Positions 57,036-64,000 of a DNA stretch of 64,000 bases are shown piece by piece. The notes beneath the pieces are model-generated. The model ran no database searches. It saw only the letters and a list, made by a program, of their open reading frames with translations, and had not been told where the DNA came from. A program made the translations under genes and the position numbers. Source of the DNA: an uncultured delta proteobacterium (lineage in GTDB: Bacteria; Desulfobacterota; Binatia; UBA9968); the NCBI GenBank assembly GCA_963771465.1, contig CAVYTU010000018.1:96001-160000 (forward strand). Reading direction: 5' to 3'. How positions within the stretch are numbered: the first letter of the stretch is position 1; each line of letters starts with the position of its first letter.

Positions 57036-58170
57036 ATGAAAGACGGATTCAAAGTTATCGACGCCGACCGGCATATTTTAGAGCCGACGGATTTATATCA
57101 GAAATATTTGCCGGAAAAGTTTAGAGAGCCGGGTGCGGCTTGCCGGACCGAACCAGACGGTGCGTGAAGTCGACGGCAAGCCGGTGTCGGATTCCGCCGT
57201 TCGTCCCGGCCGCGTGACGGAAGATTACGGTTACATCTTTTCCGCGTCGGCGCGCTGGCGCGAATGTTTTGCCGACGCCTATGCGCATAAGTTCGACCCG
57301 GCCTCCAACATCCGCGACATGGAGCGCGAAGGCATCGATGTTTCCGTGCTGTTTCCCACCATCGGTCTCTACATTATGTGGCGCGACGATATCGATCCGG
57401 AGCTGAGCGCGGCGATCTGCCGGGCGTATAACACGTGGCTCGCCGACTACTGTGACCACGACCGCAAGCGGCTTTACGGCGTTATGTTGCTGCCACTGCA
57501 AGATCCCAAGCGCGCCGTCGAAGAATTGAAATACGCCCGCGAAAAACTCGGCCTGGTTGGCATCTTCTGGCGCCCCAATAAGTTTTGCGGCCGCACGTTA
57601 TCCAGCCCGGACTACTATCCGATCTACGATGTCGCCGCGGAACTGGGAGTCACGGTGTGTGTCCACGAGGGCGCGCGCACAGTGTTGCCGCAAGCGGGCA
57701 ATGATCGCTACAGCGAGTTTGGCCGCCACGTCGCCTGTCATCCGCTCGAGCAAATGCTCGCTTGCTTGAATTTCTGCGCCGACGGCGTGCTGGAGAAATT
57801 TCCCAAGCTCAAAGTCGCGCACTTGGAATCGGGCTGCGGCTGGGTGCCGTTCTGGCTCGAGCGCATGGACGAGCACTGGGAGCATGAATCGCACGGCTCG
57901 GCGAAGATCACCAAGGAAAAACCGAGCCATTACTTCAAACAAAACTGCTGGGTTAGCTGCGAAGCCGGCGAAGAGCTGGCGCCGGTGTTCTGCGAGCATA
58001 TCGGCGACGATTACCTGATGATCGCCACCGACTATCCGCACAGCGACGCCATCGATAAGTTCCCCGACAAAACCGTCGGCGCCATCAGCAGCAACGATAA
58101 AATCTCCCGCGCCTCGCGCACCAAGATTCTATGGGACAATCCGACGAAAGCATTTGGTTTGGGTGCATAG
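57036..58170 (+). CDS. Amidohydrolase_2 family protein; +1 frameshift near 57126
   Basis: MKDGFKVIDADRHILEP, then VLFPT, RAYNTWL, VHEG, LESGCGW, TDYPH. Confidence 0.88.
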
Positions 58171-58200
58171 AGTTCAAAATCGGCATTTTATGGAAAGTTT

Positions 58201-58240
58201 AACGAGGCCTGGATCGATTCGATCCGGGCCTCGTTGCTTT
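58201..58240 (+). terminator. Probable intrinsic terminator hairpin
   Basis: aacgaggcctggatcga-t-tcgatccgggcctcgtt followed by gctttt. Confidence 0.7.
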
Positions 58241-58270
58241 TACACGGGCAATGCTAAAACAGGAGAAGCC

Positions 58271-59350
58271 ATGAAGCATTCGACTTATTTGTCGCGATCA
58301 GTGCGGCTAGTAGCGTTCTTCGCCGTGATGATTGGCCTAGAGTGTTCAAACGTCGAACTGACTCACGCGCAAGCGCCGTTTTTCCAGGGAAAGACGATCA
58401 CGATAATTCAAGGCCGCGATCCCGGCGGAACCGGCGATCTTCGAACCAAAGCCCTAGTGCCGTTTCTGCAAAAATATCTTCCTGGGAATCCCACGATTAT
58501 GATGGAGTACATGCCTGGCGCCGGCGGGCGCATGGCGGCCAATCATCTTTTCCGAACCGCGAAGCCCGACGGCCTCACCATTGGCAATCCGAGCATCGGC
58601 ATGATTTCTTCCGCCATCCTCGGCGAGGCCGGAGTGCAATACGACATCGATAAGTTTTCCTATCTTGGTTCGCCGTACAGCACCTATCACGCCGTCTTCC
58701 TCAGTAGAAAACAGGCCGGCTTTAGCAGCGTCGAAAAATTGCAGGCGGCGTCCGGAATACGAATCGGCGCGCAGTCGGTCGGTTTCGTCACCTACAACGA
58801 AGGGCGCCTGTTCGCTTACCTGTTGGGGCTGAAGGAACCGAGGTTCGTTGCCGCTTACAGCGGTGCCGAGCTCGATCCCGCGCTGATTCGCGGTGAGATC
58901 GACGCCCGCGCCACCGGCGCCGATTCGATTCTTCAGCGCAACAAGGAGTGGCTCGAAAAAAGTTCGCCGGTGGACTTCCATGCGATCCTCGAAGTTCCCA
59001 AGGGCGACAAGCATCCGCAATTCGCTTCGTTGCGGGAGATCGAGGGCTTCGCCAAATCGGACTTAGATCGCAAACTCGCCAATATGGCGCGCGCGTTCAG
59101 GATCGCCGGCACGCCGTTCGTGCTGCCGCCAGGAACGCCCAAAGACCGGGTCGAAATGATTCAGGCCGCTTTCCGCAAAACGTTTCAAGATCCAGACTTC
59201 TCGCGTGAATATAAAAAGATGAGCGGCGACGAGGCATCGCCGCTGCTGCCCGAAAACCATGAAAAAGCGATCAAAGAAATTCCCCGCGATCCCGAAGTGA
59301 TCGAACTTTTCAAAAAACTCGTCGGCGCCGGACCGCTGCCGGGGCGTTGA
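58271..59350 (+). CDS. Bug/TctC-family substrate-binding protein (FxxGKT subgroup)
   Basis: FFQGKTITI...PGGTGD...PGNP...MPGAGG...AKPDGLT; AGGAG RBS. Confidence 0.87.
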   Translation: MKHSTYLSRSVRLVAFFAVMIGLECSNVELTHAQAPFFQGKTITIIQGRDPGGTGDLRTKALVPFLQKYLPGNPTIMMEYMPGAGGRMAANHLFRTAKPDGLTIGNPSIGMISSAILGEAGVQYDIDKFSYLGSPYSTYHAVFLSRKQAGFSSVEKLQAASGIRIGAQSVGFVTYNEGRLFAYLLGLKEPRFVAAYSGAELDPALIRGEIDARATGADSILQRNKEWLEKSSPVDFHAILEVPKGDKHPQFASLREIEGFAKSDLDRKLANMARAFRIAGTPFVLPPGTPKDRVEMIQAAFRKTFQDPDFSREYKKMSGDEASPLLPENHEKAIKEIPRDPEVIELFKKLVGAGPLPGR

Positions 59351-59516
59351 GCAGCCTGTTGATTAGCTGCTCCGATGATCAAGCAGTTTTCCTCTTGGGC
59401 GAGTTACTTTTTGGTTAGCTCCACACTTTCAAGTGCCGTCTTTACAATCCCTCTGCCGTGCTTAGAGTAGAATCTAGAGTGATTGATTGGTAGACGAATT
59501 GGCCGAGGAGAAAGCC

Positions 59517-60383
59517 ATGAAATCGAAAACAAGACGAGTAATTCAAATTATTGAACCGCAAGCTGTCGTCGAGGGCGCGGGAGTGCGATTGAAAAGAAGC
59601 CTTGGCGGTCGAGCGCTGGATTATCTCGATCCATTTCTTTTGCTCGATCATTTCGATTCGAAGGACCCGCAGGATTATCAGGCCGGGTTTCCGCTCCATC
59701 CACACCGCGGCATCGAGACGGTTACGTATGTTCTTTCCGGTGAGGTGAAGCATAAGGATTCGCTCGGCAACTCTGGGAGCATCGGGGTAGGGGACGTGCA
59801 ATGGATGACGGCGGGGCGGGGAATTCTCCATGAGGAGATGCCGCAGGTCCGGCCGGAGGGCGTGAGCGGGTTTCAGCTTTGGGTCAACTTGGCGGCGAAG
59901 GAGAAGATGACCGCGCCGCGTTACCAGGACATCAGCGCGAACGAAATTCCAGAGATCATGCGCGCTGACGGCACGCGTATCCGCGTGATCACTGGAACAC
60001 TGGACGGCGTAAGTGGTCCGGTGAGCGGTATCTCAGTTGCGCCAACGTATTTGGACGTGAGCATTCCGGCCGGCGTAACTTTCGCTCATCCGGTGGAGCA
60101 TGACCATTCCGCTTTTACTTATGTCTTCAACGGAGCAGTCAACGTCAGAGCCGAGAAGAACGACGCCGATGTGATGGTTCAGTCGCCGACGTTGCTGGTG
60201 TGGGGCGAAGGGGACGAAATTCAAATCGCTGCGACCAAGTCGCCTGCGCGCTTGCTATTGGTTTCCGGTGCGCCGTTGAACGAACCGATCGCGCGCTATG
60301 GCCCGTTTGTTATGAATACGCGCGCTGAGATCGAGGCGACCGTGCGCGAATTGCAGAATGGGACGTTTCCGCCGACCTCTTGA
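59517..60383 (+). CDS. Pirin family protein
   Basis: DPFLLLDHF, HPHRGIETVTY, QWMTAGRGILHEE, FQLWVNL, YGPFVMNT. Confidence 0.95.
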   Translation: MKSKTRRVIQIIEPQAVVEGAGVRLKRSLGGRALDYLDPFLLLDHFDSKDPQDYQAGFPLHPHRGIETVTYVLSGEVKHKDSLGNSGSIGVGDVQWMTAGRGILHEEMPQVRPEGVSGFQLWVNLAAKEKMTAPRYQDISANEIPEIMRADGTRIRVITGTLDGVSGPVSGISVAPTYLDVSIPAGVTFAHPVEHDHSAFTYVFNGAVNVRAEKNDADVMVQSPTLLVWGEGDEIQIAATKSPARLLLVSGAPLNEPIARYGPFVMNTRAEIEATVRELQNGTFPPTS

Positions 60384-60468
60384 AGGCTAACCCGTTTATG
60401 AAGTAGCGTAGGCGAAAATCTAAATTTGCCTAATCGCCGTGGCTTGCACGCGGCGCCGGAGGTTCGCG

Positions 60469-60861
60469 ATGTTAAAGACCCATGGCTTGTTGCACTTCAG
60501 TTTACCGGTGACCGATCTCGATCGGAGCCGGAAATTTTACGAAGGCGTGCTCGGCATGAAAGTCGTCGAGCAGTCGCCGCGCATGGTGTTTTTGCAGACC
60601 GGCGATGACTTTTTGATTTTGGCAAAAGGCAACGAGCCGCTCAAGTACGACTCGGCGAAATCCACGCCGGTACATCACGCCTTCAAAGTAAAGCCGGATG
60701 AGTTTCAGTGGTCCATTGACGACCTACGCAAAAACGGCGTCGAAGTGTTCAACATCGAGGAGCGCAACACCGGCGTGTTCTGGGGACCGCAGGCGTATTT
60801 CTTAGACCCGGATGGGAACAAGCTGGAGATTTATGCCGGGCCGGGGGCGAAGGTAAGTTAG
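60469..60861 (+). CDS. VOC family protein
   Basis: LLHFSLPVTDL.RS.KFY, HHAF, YFLDPDGNKLEI. Confidence 0.9.
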   Translation: MLKTHGLLHFSLPVTDLDRSRKFYEGVLGMKVVEQSPRMVFLQTGDDFLILAKGNEPLKYDSAKSTPVHHAFKVKPDEFQWSIDDLRKNGVEVFNIEERNTGVFWGPQAYFLDPDGNKLEIYAGPGAKVS

Positions 60862-60927
60862 CATCTCATTTTGCCTATTTACATATTAAACGGGAGAAGG
60901 ATTTTTCCCGTGGGTCGGAATGATAGT

Positions 60928-60965
60928 AAAAAAGAAGCGCACTCTTTCGGAGTGCGCTTCTTTTT
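60928..60965. terminator. Bidirectional intrinsic terminator
   Basis: aaaaaagaagcgcactc-tttcg-gagtgcgcttcttttt between convergent genes. Confidence 0.88.
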
Positions 60966-61024
60966 ACTGCACAAGATTTATTTTGGCCATTTCCCGGCCT
61001 TTCAGCCTTCGGCATCCATCCTTT

Positions 61025-61840
61025 TTACTTTGCTTTAGTCGCGTTCAGCTTGTTGCCGCCGGAGCTAACTTCCATTGTATTACCGTTAACCCGTCCCGTG
61101 TATTGCGTTCCGCCGGCGCTGAAGGAAATTTGATCGCCGTTAAGCTTGCCGCTGATTTGACTGGACGCGTTGCCGTTCTTGAGCGTGCCGCTGATCATCT
61201 GAAACGTTTGTTTGATCGTCAATTCACCCTGCGGAAGTTTCCAGTTCCCGTCCACTTTCGCCGGGACGATCCACAGATGCGCCGTGCACCAGTTGCTGCA
61301 ACCTTCGACGTTTTCGGTCTGGTCCGGTTTCCATTCTTCCATGTCGAAGGAGTTGGAAACGATGCGCGTGCCGGGTTTGAGATTGAGGATCTTCGGCCGC
61401 AGTTTCACGTTAATGCTCGGCAGCAAGAACATGGTGATCACTTGCGCCTGGGAAAAGTCGCTCTCGAATAAATCCGCCTTCATGAACGTCGCTTTGTCGC
61501 TGACGCCTTCCTTCGCGGCATTACGCTTGGAGAGCTCGACCATGTCAGGATTGTACTCGATACCCAGCGCTTTGGAGCCGCGCTTGGCCGCGGTGATGAC
61601 GGTGCGGCCATCGCCCGAGCCCAAGTCGATGACGTAATCCTTCGGCGTCACTTTCGCCATCTCGAGCATCTTGTCGACCAGTGATTGCGGTGTCGGCACC
61701 CAAACGACGTCCTTGCCGGCCTGGCCGACTTCGGGCTGAAATTCTTGCTTCGCCGGCTGGGCGAAGGCGACATCGTGTGCTGCCGGGCCGATGAGCGAAA
61801 TCGCGAGTAATAGGGTTCCTGACAATTTTTTTAGATCCAT
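61025..61840 (-). CDS. Class I SAM-dependent methyltransferase with signal peptide and C-terminal beta domain
   Basis: DVVWVPTP, VIDLGSGDGR, GIEY, LKPGTRIVS; leader ends VAFA; GGAGGAG RBS. Confidence 0.9.
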   Translation of the reverse strand: MDLKKLSGTLLLAISLIGPAAHDVAFAQPAKQEFQPEVGQAGKDVVWVPTPQSLVDKMLEMAKVTPKDYVIDLGSGDGRTVITAAKRGSKALGIEYNPDMVELSKRNAAKEGVSDKATFMKADLFESDFSQAQVITMFLLPSINVKLRPKILNLKPGTRIVSNSFDMEEWKPDQTENVEGCSNWCTAHLWIVPAKVDGNWKLPQGELTIKQTFQMISGTLKNGNASSQISGKLNGDQISFSAGGTQYTGRVNGNTMEVSSGGNKLNATKAK

Positions 61841-61930
61841 GTTTCTCCTCCGGTGTTTAACTATATCAAGCCGAGCTTAAAAGTGGAGAGGTCCGCGAGA
61901 CAATTTTTATTGCAGCGCTGGTCGGTAATT

Positions 61931-62746
61931 TTATTTGGCGGCGCGGGTGGCGCTCCATTTGTTGGCGCCAGCATTGCCTTCCATGGAGTTGCCGGAAACG
62001 ATGCCGGTATAGGTTGTGCTACCGGCAGTGAAAGAGATTTGCTCGCCGTTCAGTTTCCCGTTCACTGGTGTTTCGCTGCTGGCCGATTTGAGCGTGCCGG
62101 AAATATTTTGAAAAGTTTGCTTCAGCGTGAGATTGCCTTGGGGCAACGTCCAGCTGCCTTCGACTTTCGCCGGCACGATCCACAGATGCGCGGTGCACCA
62201 GGAGTTGCAACCGGGCAGACTCGCGGTCTCATCGGGCTTCCAGTCGCCCATGTCAAAGGTGTTCGACGCGATGCGCGTGCCCGGTTTGAGTTCGAGAATT
62301 TTCGGCCGCAGCTTCAAATTGATGCTCGACAGCAAAAACATCGTGATCACTTGGGCTTGAGAAAAATCGCTCTCGAAAAGATCGGCTTTGATGAAGCTCG
62401 CTTTATCGCTGACGCCTTCCTTGTCCGCGGCGCGCTTGGATAGCTCGACCATGTCGGCGTTGTATTCGATGCCGAGCGCTTTGGATCCGCGCTTGGCCGC
62501 GGTAATGACGGTGCGTCCGTCGCCCGAGCCGAGATCGATGACATAATCTTTCGGCGTGACCTTGGCCATGTCGAGCATCTTGTCGACCAGACCCTGCGGC
62601 GTTGGTACCCAAATGACGTCTTTCCCTTCCTGTCCGACGGAAGGTTTGAATTCCTCCGCGGCTTGAGCGACGACCAAATGGTTCGATGCTATCGCCGCTA
62701 TTAAGAACAGCGAGAAAAAACCACGAAGGTAAAGTTTATTTTTCAT
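61931..62746 (-). CDS. Class I SAM-dependent methyltransferase with signal peptide, tandem paralogue
   Basis: ATG at 62746 after GGAGG; MKNKLYLRGFFSLFLIAAIA...VAQA; core nearly identical to 61025..61840. Confidence 0.9.
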   Translation of the reverse strand: MKNKLYLRGFFSLFLIAAIASNHLVVAQAAEEFKPSVGQEGKDVIWVPTPQGLVDKMLDMAKVTPKDYVIDLGSGDGRTVITAAKRGSKALGIEYNADMVELSKRAADKEGVSDKASFIKADLFESDFSQAQVITMFLLSSINLKLRPKILELKPGTRIASNTFDMGDWKPDETASLPGCNSWCTAHLWIVPAKVEGSWTLPQGNLTLKQTFQNISGTLKSASSETPVNGKLNGEQISFTAGSTTYTGIVSGNSMEGNAGANKWSATRAAK

Positions 62747-62868
62747 GCCTATCCTCCAAAAGTTGTAGCGCGCCAGTTCGCGCTGAAATAATTGACACAC
62801 TGGATACGCTATGAAATCGAAAAAGTCCAGGAACGGGCAAGGCCGTTGAGAATACCAACCGGCCGCTC

Positions 62869-64000
62869 TTAGGATTCCAATCTTCGGATCGCCGGGATTC
62901 TCCACGCCACGAAGCCGGTCAAAACGATCACCATCGCGCCCATGATCGCGACGGTCGCTGGCGCGCCGATGAAATGCGCCGTAGCGCCGGCGAACAGCGC
63001 GCCGAGGGGCATGAAACCGCGGTCGAGCATGTACAAACTGAGCACGCGCCCGCGCAGCCCATCCGGCACGATCAACTGAAGTATTGTCGCCGTGCTGGCG
63101 AGAAAAAACATTTGAAACGCGCCGACGATCACCAAAGTGACCAGCGCGAGTGGAAACCAAGTGATTTGCGAAAAGAGCACGAGAAAAAATCCCAGCACGA
63201 CGATGCTGGCGAGAAGAAACAGCCCCTGGCGTTTTATCCGTTTACTGAGGGACGCTAGCGTCACGACGGCGATCACCGCCCCGATGCCGGGAGCCGCCAT
63301 CAGTAAGCCCAAACCATCCGGACCGATTTTCAGCACGTCTTTTTGAAACACCGGCATGAGCGTTTGGTACGGCACGGCGAACACCCGCGGTACGTAGGCC
63401 AGGGTCATCAGCGCCAGCACCGCCGGCGTATGCCAAACGTAGGCGAAGCCTTCCTTAAGGTTGGCATAGGCGGTGGCGTGTCTGGTTTCGGAGCGCGAAG
63501 GGGGAATATGCATTCGATAGATCATCCCCAACACGCCAATATAGGCGGCAGCTTGCAGAAAGAAGTTTTCCGCCGCGCCGAACCATGCGATCAGCGCGCC
63601 CCCGAGCGCCGGGCCGATCACTTTCATTAGATTGAATCCGCCGGAGTTGAGCGCGACGGCGTTGGCCAGCTCTGCTTTGGGGACGACGCTGGGTATCACG
63701 CTCATGCGCACGGGTTCGGTGATCGTCCAGGCCACGCCGGTGATCAACGTGAATAGAAAAATATGCCAGACATGCAAAAACGGCGAGGCGACCAGCGCGC
63801 CAAAGAGGATGGCCGTGGCGATCAAGACCCACTGCGTGCCTAGCAACAGCTTACGACGGTCCATCCGATCGGCGGCGACGCCGGCCATCGGTCCTGTTAC
63901 TAAGAACGGTAAGGCACGCAGGCCGTTGAGCGCGCCGAGCAGCATCGAGTTGCCGGTGAGATCGTAGAGCAGCCACCCGAGCGTGACTTGCTGCACCCAC
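62869..64000 (-). CDS. MFS transporter (N-terminus outside the window)
   Basis: GVAADRMDRRKL, VPKAELANAVALNS, VPDGLRGRV. Confidence 0.9.
   Translation of the reverse strand, partial: WVQQVTLGWLLYDLTGNSMLLGALNGLRALPFLVTGPMAGVAADRMDRRKLLLGTQWVLIATAILFGALVASPFLHVWHIFLFTLITGVAWTITEPVRMSVIPSVVPKAELANAVALNSGGFNLMKVIGPALGGALIAWFGAAENFFLQAAAYIGVLGMIYRMHIPPSRSETRHATAYANLKEGFAYVWHTPAVLALMTLAYVPRVFAVPYQTLMPVFQKDVLKIGPDGLGLLMAAPGIGAVIAVVTLASLSKRIKRQGLFLLASIVVLGFFLVLFSQITWFPLALVTLVIVGAFQMFFLASTATILQLIVPDGLRGRVLSLYMLDRGFMPLGALFAGATAHFIGAPATVAIMGAMVIVLTGFVAWRIPAIRRLES

Noticed and set aside
62747-63160. N-terminal extension of the 409-aa methyltransferase ORF (similarly 1675..1782, 5841..5921, 11336..11593)
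   Set aside because: It overlaps neighbouring genes or repeats; downstream ATGs, mostly with an RBS and signal peptide, fit better.

Overview
A gene-dense bacterial chromosome segment of roughly 58% GC (estimated by eye). It is dominated by solute-binding proteins (TAXI, NMT1/SsuA-type, Fe3+/thiamine-type, Bug/TctC), two tripartite tricarboxylate transporter operons and small catabolic enzymes (amidohydrolases, Zn-ADH, VOC, crotonase, SDR, MBL, ThDP decarboxylase). It also holds a tesA-ybbA-ybbP module, an M1 aminopeptidase and a TetR-RND efflux locus. The gene content resembles Binatia-type deltaproteobacterial MAGs (inference). I saw no rRNA, tRNA, CRISPR array, transposase or phage gene. 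Five otherwise intact genes each carry a single +1 indel, most likely sequencing or assembly errors. The most unusual items: (1) a 1124-aa membrane-anchored coiled coil with a near-exact 78-aa repeat register, downstream of a small PC4-like protein; (2) a haem-oxygenase-like diiron enzyme divergent from two alpha/beta-fold proteins that both have Ala in place of the catalytic Ser; (3) several families of 7-mer and 9-mer periodic, often palindromic, intergenic elements; (4) two tandem SAM methyltransferases with signal peptides; (5) a His-ringed cytoplasmic LVIVD propeller; (6) a binding-protein pseudogene with an internal micro-inversion.
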